DNA from: an uncultured Planctomycetales bacterium
GTDB lineage: Bacteria; Omnitrophota; Gorgyraeia; Zapsychrales; JBDRMG01
Assembly: GCA_964478715.1 (NCBI GenBank)
Contig: CAYZIY010000007.1
Span: forward strand, 20,220 to 84,219
DNA length: 64,000 bases
Direction of reading: 5' to 3'
A program made the position numbers and the translations under genes. The notes beneath the pieces were generated by a model. The model ran no database searches. It was not told the DNA's origin and saw only the letters and a program-made list of their open reading frames with translations. Positions 56,608 to 64,000 of this stretch are shown in pieces; the first letter of the stretch is position 1; each line of letters opens with the position of its first letter.

Positions 56608-57894
56608 ATGGACATCTTTATTTACTTTTCAGATTTATTAGGTTTGCCTGTTATCGATCATGCCGGTGAGAAAATCGGGGTATTTGATGATATGGCTCTA
56701 CGGGTGACCGATGAGAATTTCCCTCGGGCTACAACTCTCGTCGTCAAAAGAGGCAGGTTGCGTCCGCAGTTTGCCGAGATTGACTGGAGCCTGATCAAGA
56801 AAATCGATCAAACCATTACGCTTAAAGAAGAAGCGGGCGACGTTTCTTTTTCTCATTTTAAACCCAAACAGGATTTAGCGATCTGTGCCGATATCCTCGA
56901 CCGGCAGGTCGTGGATACCGATCACCAGAAAGTTGTGCGGGTCAATGATGTGCATCTTCTTCGCGTTGATCAACAGCTTTATCTGGCCCATGTGGATGTG
57001 AGTCTGCGTGCACTTTTGCGTCGTCTGGGGTGGGGTTCTTTTATCGATCGCTTGATGCATCTGCTGGTTCCGCGTTCTGCCTATTTTACAAAAGAAGAAT
57101 TTATCCCCTGGAAATACACTCAAGTATTGACTCTCGGGCGGACCCGCAATCTCCTGCGTCTGGAAGTGGCCCGGAAAAAGCTGGCTCAGATTCCTCCCAC
57201 GGAAATGGCCGAGATCATGGAAGATCTGGACATTTTTGAGAAATATTCCTTTTTCAAATCTTTGGATGTCGGCATCCAGAGAAAAGTTTTCTCCGATATG
57301 GCGACCAGCGAACAGGAAGAGCTGATCGATCAGATGAATGATCAGGAAGCCGTTGATCTGATCGAAGATATTCCCTCTGATGAGGCGGCTGACCTTTTGA
57401 TGAACCTGCCGAAAGAGAAAACCCTCAAATTTATGCGTCTGATGGAGACTGGCGATTCGAAACGGCTGCGCAAGCTACTGGGATTTGCGAAAGATTCAGC
57501 CGGCGGGTTAATGACAACGGAATATCTTTCCTTGCCTGAAGACTCTCTGGTCGAAGATGCCCTTCAGAAAATCAAAGACAATGTTCACTATCCAGGCAAT
57601 ATCTATCATATTTATCTGGTCGATTCTAAAGAGCGCTTAGAAGGCATTACTCCTTTAAGACGTTTTATCAGCGAGGACTTGAAAAAACCGCTGGCCGAGT
57701 GCTGCTTCCCTAAGACCGTCTCGGTGAAAACGGATGACGGCATGGAAGAGATTGCCTTGCTTTTGGAAAAATATAAATTCAGCGCCATTCCGGTTGTCGA
57801 TGAACAGAATGTTTTACAGGGTGTGATCACCGCCGATGACGTGATGGAAGAATTGATCGCCAATATTTGGGGCAAATACAAGGAGAAACTTTAG
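56608..57894 (+). CDS. Soluble MgtE-like protein (PRC barrel + MgtE N-domain + CBS pair)
   Basis: DILDRQVVD..KVVRVND, DEAADLL, SAGGLMTTEY, PVVD...GVITADDV; no TM domain. Confidence 0.85.
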   Translation: MDIFIYFSDLLGLPVIDHAGEKIGVFDDMALRVTDENFPRATTLVVKRGRLRPQFAEIDWSLIKKIDQTITLKEEAGDVSFSHFKPKQDLAICADILDRQVVDTDHQKVVRVNDVHLLRVDQQLYLAHVDVSLRALLRRLGWGSFIDRLMHLLVPRSAYFTKEEFIPWKYTQVLTLGRTRNLLRLEVARKKLAQIPPTEMAEIMEDLDIFEKYSFFKSLDVGIQRKVFSDMATSEQEELIDQMNDQEAVDLIEDIPSDEAADLLMNLPKEKTLKFMRLMETGDSKRLRKLLGFAKDSAGGLMTTEYLSLPEDSLVEDALQKIKDNVHYPGNIYHIYLVDSKERLEGITPLRRFISEDLKKPLAECCFPKTVSVKTDDGMEEIALLLEKYKFSAIPVVDEQNVLQGVITADDVMEELIANIWGKYKEKL

Positions 57895-59150
57895 TGGCCT
57901 TTAAGGACAATCGTTTTATCAAAAACATGCTTTTATTTCTGGCCATTATGGGTCCGGGTATTATCACGGCCAATGTGGATAATGACGCCGGCGGGATTGC
58001 GACGTATTCTTTGGCCGGCGCTCAATTCGGTTATTCGCTTTTATGGTCGCTGATTCCGATAACCCTTTCTCTCATTGTGGTTCAGGAAATGTGCGCGCGC
58101 ATGGCTGTGGCGACAGGCAAGGGCCTGGCGGATTTGATTCGTGAAAATTTTGGCGTCAAGGTTACGTTTTATCTGATGCTGGTGCTTTTATTTGTCAATC
58201 TCCTCAACACCATGGCTGAATTTGCCGGTGTGGCGGCGGCAATGGAGATTTTCGGAATTTATAAATGGCTTTCAGTTCCTCTGGCCGGGCTTTTTGTCTG
58301 GATGCTGGTGGTACGCGGGACATATAAATCCGTCGAGAAAATATTCCTGGCGGCCTGCTTTTTTTATGTGGCCTATGTGATTTCCGGTTTTATTGCTGAT
58401 CCCGATTGGGGGGAAGTGGCTCGGTCAACGATCCGGCCGCAGTTTTCTTTTGATTTGAAATATGCGGTGATGCTGGTCGGATTGATTGGAACCACCATTG
58501 CGCCCTGGATGCAGTTTTATCTACAGTCTTCCATTGTCGATAAAGGGATCAGTGCCGAGGAATACCGGCACTTGCGCATGGATGTCGTTGGCGGATGTAT
58601 CATCGCTCCTGTAGTGGCTTTTTTTATCGTAGTGGCTTGTGCGGCCACCATGCATCAGCACGGGGTTCATATCGAAAGCGCGAAAGATGCGGCTCTCGCT
58701 TTGCGTCCTTTGGCCGGGCCTTATGCCAGTCTGCTTTTTGCATTCGGACTTTTTAATGCCTCTATTTTTGCCGCCTCCGTGCTTCCTTTATCCACTGCTT
58801 ATTGTATCTGTGAGGGGATGGGCTGGAACGCGGGTGTGGACAGCCGTTTTGAAGAAGCGCCCCAGTTTTTCGGGCTCTACACGGCTATCATTCTGATCGG
58901 TGCCGGCGTTGTTCTCATTCCAAAATTTCCGCTTTTGAAAATCATGTATTTTTCTCAGGTCGGAAATGGAATCCTCCTTCCCTTTATTTTGATTTTCATG
59001 CTGATTCTCATTAACAATAAGGAGATCATGGGAGAATTCGTCAACAGCCGGTTGTTTAATATCGTGGCCTGGCTGACGGTTATTGTTGTCATCGCCTTGA
59101 CGTTTTTGATGTGCGCGTTTTTGGTGATGATGCCCGAGACGGTTCTTTAG
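57894..59150 (+). CDS. Nramp-related divalent metal (Mg2+/Mn2+) transporter
   Basis: GPGIITANVDNDAGGIATYS, QEMCAR, GTTIAPWMQF; coupled to the MgtE-like gene. Confidence 0.9.
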   Translation: MAFKDNRFIKNMLLFLAIMGPGIITANVDNDAGGIATYSLAGAQFGYSLLWSLIPITLSLIVVQEMCARMAVATGKGLADLIRENFGVKVTFYLMLVLLFVNLLNTMAEFAGVAAAMEIFGIYKWLSVPLAGLFVWMLVVRGTYKSVEKIFLAACFFYVAYVISGFIADPDWGEVARSTIRPQFSFDLKYAVMLVGLIGTTIAPWMQFYLQSSIVDKGISAEEYRHLRMDVVGGCIIAPVVAFFIVVACAATMHQHGVHIESAKDAALALRPLAGPYASLLFAFGLFNASIFAASVLPLSTAYCICEGMGWNAGVDSRFEEAPQFFGLYTAIILIGAGVVLIPKFPLLKIMYFSQVGNGILLPFILIFMLILINNKEIMGEFVNSRLFNIVAWLTVIVVIALTFLMCAFLVMMPETVL

Positions 59151-59374
59151 ATTTCGAAATATACAAAATATACAAAAGGAAGTGAAAAATCTTGACAACA
59201 CTTTTGATATATGATAAAAAAAATGATAATAGAAACTGAAAAGATAAGAAAAATTATATGAGAATTATCGACGAGAATCAAATATCAATGGAAGGCAAGG
59301 TGAAGGGAAGCTTCACTGAAAAGCTTCCTTTGGGAAGTTAGGAGAACAAAAGGAATTGAAAGAAGCGATACGAT

Positions 59375-59404
59375 AGGGGACCTTAAAATTAAGGTCCCTT
59401 TTTC
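59375..59404 (+). terminator. Terminator-like hairpin in the 5' leader of the ATP-grasp/KamA operon
   Basis: GGGGACCTTAA-AA-TTAAGGTCCCT-TTTTC ending about 8 nt before ATG 59413. Confidence 0.7.
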
Positions 59405-59412
59405 TGTGTATT

Positions 59413-60432
59413 ATGAAAAAAGTTATTGGACTGACATACGATTGCAAAGAAGATTGGAAGATGACAGAGGGTCTTCCGCGCGATTTTAACGCCGAGTTTG
59501 ATCCCCCTCAAACGATTGCGCAGATTATCGAGGCGATAGAAGCCTGTGGTTATCAAACAAAAAAGATTGGCAATGTTTATCAGTTATTGAAAATGATTGA
59601 TACGCTGGATGTGGACATTGTTTTCAATATTGCCGAAGGGTATTACGGGCGCAATCGCGAATCGCAGGTTCCTATTCTTTTAGAGGCCAAAAATATTCCC
59701 TACATAGGCAGCGACGGATTAACGCTGGGTTTGACTTTGGATAAAATCATTGCCAAGAAAATATTTCAGGCCGAAGGGGTTCCCACTCCGCGGTATTTTG
59801 AAGCCTCTTCCGTTGACAATTTAGAAAGAATGAACATGCTCGGCTATCCACTTTTCGTTAAAACCCGGCATGAAGGATCATCTAAAGGGCTTTCGGAAAA
59901 ATCCCGCGTTCACAGCAAGGAGGAATTAAAACGTCAGGTGGCTTTGATCAATGATGTCTATCAACAAAGTGCATTGGTCGAAGAATTTATCCGCGGCAGT
60001 GAATTTACCGTGGCCGTGATCGGCAATAAACAGCCCGAGGCGCTTCCGGTGGTTCAGATTCAGATCAACGGAAAGCTTGATTTGAAAGACGACTTCTATA
60101 CCTTTGCCCATATTTCTTCTGATAAAGTTCAATACATTTGCCCGGCGCCGATTGATGCAGGTCTTGAAAAGAAATTGAAAGACTTAGCCTTAAAGGTTTA
60201 TCAATCGGTGGGCTGTCGCGATCTCGGACGGATTGATTTTCGCGTTGATGAAAAAGGTAATCCTTATGTCCTTGAAATCAATCCTCTGCCCTGCTTGGGA
60301 CGTGATGATGTCTTTTATTTTATCCCCAAGGCGCTGGGATTCTCTTACGAAGAGATGATCGGCCGGATTATCGATCAGGGATTAGAGCGCAACGGACTTA
60401 ATAACGGAAAACTTGAGGAAGCAATCCGGTGA
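59413..60432 (+). CDS. D-Ala-D-Ala ligase-like ATP-grasp enzyme
   Basis: VFNIAEG...RESQVP, LDK, EGSSKG, RIDFR...LEINPLP; lacks the canonical Ddl GGxSxE N-terminus. Confidence 0.85.
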   Translation: MKKVIGLTYDCKEDWKMTEGLPRDFNAEFDPPQTIAQIIEAIEACGYQTKKIGNVYQLLKMIDTLDVDIVFNIAEGYYGRNRESQVPILLEAKNIPYIGSDGLTLGLTLDKIIAKKIFQAEGVPTPRYFEASSVDNLERMNMLGYPLFVKTRHEGSSKGLSEKSRVHSKEELKRQVALINDVYQQSALVEEFIRGSEFTVAVIGNKQPEALPVVQIQINGKLDLKDDFYTFAHISSDKVQYICPAPIDAGLEKKLKDLALKVYQSVGCRDLGRIDFRVDEKGNPYVLEINPLPCLGRDDVFYFIPKALGFSYEEMIGRIIDQGLERNGLNNGKLEEAIR

Positions 60433-61625
60433 AATCGTCAGAAACTATTGAAAGACAAAAAATCGTTCTCAAACAGGAAACCCAATCGCAGCCTGTCATT
60501 AATCTGACACGCAAAGAAAACCGTGTGTTTAACTTCTTTCATGATGCCACGCCTCTAGATTGGGAAGACTGGCGCTGGCAGCTTAGAAATCGCATTCGCA
60601 CCAAAGATGTTTTATCCAATGTGATCAATCTCACCGAAGAAGAGATTCAGGGTCTGGAGATGGTTAACGGACGGCCGAATATGGCTATTCCGCCTTATTT
60701 TGCTTCTCTAATGGATCCCGATGATCCCAAATGCCCGATTCGTCTTCAGTGCGTTCCCCGCAAACAGGAATTCATCAAAAGCGAGCACGAAATGGAAGAT
60801 CCCTGTGGGGAGGATAATCATTCACCCACACCGGGATTGGTTCATCGCTATCCGGATCGGGTTTTATTTTTGGTCAGCGAGATGTGTCCCATGTATTGCC
60901 GTTATTGTACCCGTTCGCGTTTAGTGGGAGACGGAAAGAAGAAACTCCGATCCTCCACTTATCAGGCCGCTTTTGATTATATCCGGACGAATAAAAAAAT
61001 CCGCGATGTTTTGATTTCCGGCGGTGATCCCTTGATTCTCGGCGATGAAATCCTCGAAGATATTATCGCTCAGGTCAAGGCCATTCCACATGTGGAATTT
61101 GTGCGCCTGGGCACGCGGGTTCCCGTAACATTGCCGCAGAGAATCACAGACGATCTTATCCGGATCTTTAAAAAATACAGTCCTCTTTGGATCAGTATTC
61201 ATTTTACGCATCCTAAGGAAATCACCAAGCGGGTACGGTTTGCCTGTGATTTGCTGGCCGAGAGCGGGATGCCTTTAGGGAGCCAGACCGTTTTGCTTAA
61301 GGGCATCAACGACAAGCCTTATATAATAAAGAAACTCATGCAGGAGCTTCTCAAGATTCGCGTCAGACCCTATTATATTTATCAATGCGATCCTATTTAC
61401 GGATCGGCGCATTTCCGCACGCCTCTTATCAGTGGAATCAATATCATCGATAAGCTCAGGGGGCACACCAGCGGTTATGCGGTGCCTACCTTTGTGGTCG
61501 ACAGTCCCGGCGGGGGCGGAAAAATTCCGGTTGGACCCGATTATGTTGTTTCCAAGACGGAAAAGACCGTTGTCCTTAAGAATTTTGCCGGCGAACAATA
61601 CACCCATTATGATCCCGATCAATAG
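60429..61625 (+). CDS. KamA-family radical SAM enzyme (lysine 2,3-aminomutase-like)
   Basis: HRYPDRVL, CPMYCRYC, SGGDPL, QTVLLKGIND, PGGGGK (PLP lysine). Confidence 0.9.
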   Translation: MKSSETIERQKIVLKQETQSQPVINLTRKENRVFNFFHDATPLDWEDWRWQLRNRIRTKDVLSNVINLTEEEIQGLEMVNGRPNMAIPPYFASLMDPDDPKCPIRLQCVPRKQEFIKSEHEMEDPCGEDNHSPTPGLVHRYPDRVLFLVSEMCPMYCRYCTRSRLVGDGKKKLRSSTYQAAFDYIRTNKKIRDVLISGGDPLILGDEILEDIIAQVKAIPHVEFVRLGTRVPVTLPQRITDDLIRIFKKYSPLWISIHFTHPKEITKRVRFACDLLAESGMPLGSQTVLLKGINDKPYIIKKLMQELLKIRVRPYYIYQCDPIYGSAHFRTPLISGINIIDKLRGHTSGYAVPTFVVDSPGGGGKIPVGPDYVVSKTEKTVVLKNFAGEQYTHYDPDQ

Positions 61626-61648
61626 GTTTTTCTTTCCCGAGCCAGTTA

Positions 61649-61719
61649 ATCTTAAGAACATCTTAAGGATATCTTCTTAAGGATATCTTTCTTTACAAAT
61701 CAGATGTCTTTTGTATAAT
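61649..61719 (+). promoter_or_regulatory. Tandem TCTTAAG(G/A)A repeats followed by the rpsU promoter
   Basis: TCTTAAGAACA, TCTTAAGGATATCT x2, then TTTACA-16 nt-TATAAT. Confidence 0.6.
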
Positions 61720-61773
61720 AGGGGCATCCTTTACCAAGTGAAAATATTCAGGAAAGTAGGTGAATAACTTAAT

Positions 61774-61935
61774 ATGGTAGAAATCAAAGTCAGAGATAAA
61801 GCCGGCTTCGAGAAGGCCATGAGGATCTTCAAAAAGCAGTGCCAAAAAGAAGGATTTCTCATGGAAATCAAAGAACGGCGATATTATTCTAAACCGTCAG
61901 AAAAAAAGAGACGCCGCGGAAAGAAAAAACGCTGA
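61774..61935 (+). CDS. rpsU: 30S ribosomal protein bS21
   Basis: Not in the ORF track (53 aa): MVEIKVRDKAGFEKAMRIFKKQCQKEGFLMEIKERRYYSKPSEKKRRRGKKKR. Confidence 0.93.
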   Translation: MVEIKVRDKAGFEKAMRIFKKQCQKEGFLMEIKERRYYSKPSEKKRRRGKKKR

Positions 61936-61953
61936 TCGTAACGATTTGTCTTT

Positions 61954-62472
61954 ATGGAACAAAATCCGAAAAAAATCGCTATTTTGATTGAAGACCTTTA
62001 TCAGGTTTTGGAAGTCTGGTATCCTCTTTTTCGGCTTAAAGAAGAAGGATACGATGTTATTTTGGTCGGTACCGGTACCAAGGACCAATATGCCAGCAAG
62101 GAAGGTTATCCCGTTAGGGTTGATTGTGCGATCGATGATGTTGATCCCCAGACCTTTGCTGCGGTGGTGATTCCCGGCGGGTATGCGCCCGATATTCTCA
62201 GGCGGTATCCGCAGATAGTATCTTTTATCAAGGAGATCGAGAAGCAGAAGAAAATTGTCGCTGCGATCTGTCATGGCGGGTGGCTTTTGGTTTCGGCTGA
62301 TATTGTCCGCGGTAAAAAAGCTACCTGTTTTTACGCGATCAAAGACGATTTGATCGCTGCCGGAGCAAGCTATGTGGATGAAGAAACCGTTGTCGACGGA
62401 AATTTAATTACGGCCCGAAAACCCAGTGATCTGATTCGCTTTACCAAGGCTATCATCGACGGTGTTCAGTAA
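61954..62472 (+). CDS. PfpI/DJ-1 family (class I glutamine amidotransferase-like) protein
   Basis: IPGGYAPD, AICHGGW, VVDGNLITAR.P.D. Confidence 0.92.
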   Translation: MEQNPKKIAILIEDLYQVLEVWYPLFRLKEEGYDVILVGTGTKDQYASKEGYPVRVDCAIDDVDPQTFAAVVIPGGYAPDILRRYPQIVSFIKEIEKQKKIVAAICHGGWLLVSADIVRGKKATCFYAIKDDLIAAGASYVDEETVVDGNLITARKPSDLIRFTKAIIDGVQ

Positions 62473-62508
62473 ATATATCTTTCCTGATTCGAGCGAAATC
62501 CAAATTCC

Positions 62509-64000
62509 ATGATTAAAGTCAAGCGTGCGCTTATCAGTGTTTCCGATAAAACCGGGCTCATTCCTTTTGCCAAAGGACTTTATCGCTCAGGTATCGAGAT
62601 CATATCGACGGGAGGAACGGCTAAACAGTTAAAAAAGGCCGGGATTCCGGTAGGGGAGGTTGATACCTACACCGGCTTCCCTGAGATGCTTGACGGCAGA
62701 GTCAAGACACTTCATCCGGTGATTCACGCCGGCCTTTTAGCTTTACGCGATAATCCCCAGCATATGCAGGAGGTCAGTCAACATCAGATCGGTTTGATCG
62801 ATATGGTGGTTGTCAATCTTTATCCCTTTGAGCAAATTATCCGCAAACCGAATGTATTGCTCGCGGAGGTGATCGATCATATTGATATCGGGGGTCCTTC
62901 CATGATCCGCTCGGCCGCGAAAAACTACAGGAGCGTAGCGGTGATCTGCAATCCGGCGCGTTATCATGATATCCTCAAAGAACTGGATACCAACAGCGGT
63001 ATCCTCGCCGATACTGTTTTGATGGGTTTAGCTTTAGAGGCATTCGATCGTTCGGCTCGCTATGACAGCGCGATTTATCATTATCTCAATGAACGATTGC
63101 GTACAGGAGAGATCACCCAATTCCCAAAGGAATTATCCGTGCGTTTGCAGAAAGTGCGGGATCTGCGTTACGGAGAAAATCCGCATCAACAGGCCGCTTT
63201 TTATCAATATGGCTCTCAGGCAAGCGGTATGGCGGCTATCAGACAATTGCACGGGAAAGAGCTATCTTTTAATAATTATCTCGATCTGGAGGCAGCGGCC
63301 AAGGTGGTGTGTGATTTTAAGGAACCCGCAGCTGTCATTGTTAAACATAATAATCCGACGGGAGTAGCCCTTGAGAAAACGGCCACCAAAGCTTTCCGCC
63401 TGGCCTTACAATGCGACCGGCTCTCGGCTTTTGGCGGGATTATCGGATTTAATAGAAAGATTGACGGTCCTTGCGCCAAAGAAATAATCAAAAGCGGTTT
63501 TATGGAATGTGTGCTGGCTCCTTCTTTTAACCGGCAGGCGCTTAAAACCTTGAGAACAAAAAAGAATCTGCGGTTGATTGAAGTTTCTCTGGATAAATAC
63601 CGTTACAAACAGCATGATCTTAAAGGTCTTCAAGGCGGCTTTTTGGCTCAGGACCAGGACCGCCGGGAGATCAGCAAGAAGGAAGTCAAGTGCGTTACAA
63701 AAATCAAGCCGACATCAGCTCAGATAGACGCACTGCTTTTCGGATGGACAGTCGTCAAGCATGTGCGCTCTAATGCGATTGTTTTGGTGAAAGGCAGAAA
63801 GACCGTCGGCATTGGCTGCGGACAGACTTCTCGGGTTGAAGCCGTTGATCTGGCGATTAAAAAAGCAGGAAAAAAAGCCAAAGGTGCCTGCCTGGCTTCC
63901 GATGCATTTTTCCCGAAAGCCGATAATATCCATCTGGCGGCCAAGGCCGGAGTTAAAGCGATCATTCAGCCCGGCGGCTCAATCGCTGATCAGGAAGTTA
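62509..64000 (+). CDS. purH: Bifunctional AICAR formyltransferase / IMP cyclohydrolase (runs off the right edge)
   Basis: Not in the ORF track. Hand translation: MIKVKRALISVSDKTG, GRVKTLHP, IDIGGPSMIRSAAKN, LRYGENPHQQA, ASDAFFP, IIQPGGS. Confidence 0.97.
   Translation, partial: MIKVKRALISVSDKTGLIPFAKGLYRSGIEIISTGGTAKQLKKAGIPVGEVDTYTGFPEMLDGRVKTLHPVIHAGLLALRDNPQHMQEVSQHQIGLIDMVVVNLYPFEQIIRKPNVLLAEVIDHIDIGGPSMIRSAAKNYRSVAVICNPARYHDILKELDTNSGILADTVLMGLALEAFDRSARYDSAIYHYLNERLRTGEITQFPKELSVRLQKVRDLRYGENPHQQAAFYQYGSQASGMAAIRQLHGKELSFNNYLDLEAAAKVVCDFKEPAAVIVKHNNPTGVALEKTATKAFRLALQCDRLSAFGGIIGFNRKIDGPCAKEIIKSGFMECVLAPSFNRQALKTLRTKKNLRLIEVSLDKYRYKQHDLKGLQGGFLAQDQDRREISKKEVKCVTKIKPTSAQIDALLFGWTVVKHVRSNAIVLVKGRKTVGIGCGQTSRVEAVDLAIKKAGKKAKGACLASDAFFPKADNIHLAAKAGVKAIIQPGGSIADQEV

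Overview
Window from a diderm bacterium with roughly 42-45% GC by eye. Gene content (Bacteroides/spirochete-type V-ATPase, PilZ proteins, an Omp85 fusion, prepilin genes, TreT+DUF5752) suggests PVC superphylum, probably Ca. Omnitrophota; this is inference only. Most of the window is + strand housekeeping: glmS, rsmI, a PyrR-attenuated pyr cluster running into a V/A-type ATPase operon with a Na+-type rotor, 4 tRNAs, pabB/pabC, era, nth, rpsU and partial purH, plus three pseudogenes. The standout region is a ~10 kb minus-strand block (44055-53951) of two tandem paralogous three-gene operons. Each has a near-identical sigma70 promoter, a c-di-GMP-I (GEMM-I)-type riboswitch with an unusual two-hairpin four-way-junction insertion in P2, and a terminator. 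Each encodes (i) a prepilin that looks like the N-terminal half of a PilW/PulJ-like minor pilin, (ii) a separately exported protein resembling the missing C-terminal half, and (iii) a ~940 aa PilX-like protein. Both pilin halves carry CGDGxC...CPxDC cysteine repeats; one chain ends in a Hint (intein-like) domain and another in a dockerin-like domain. All product calls come from motif recognition by eye; no database search was run.
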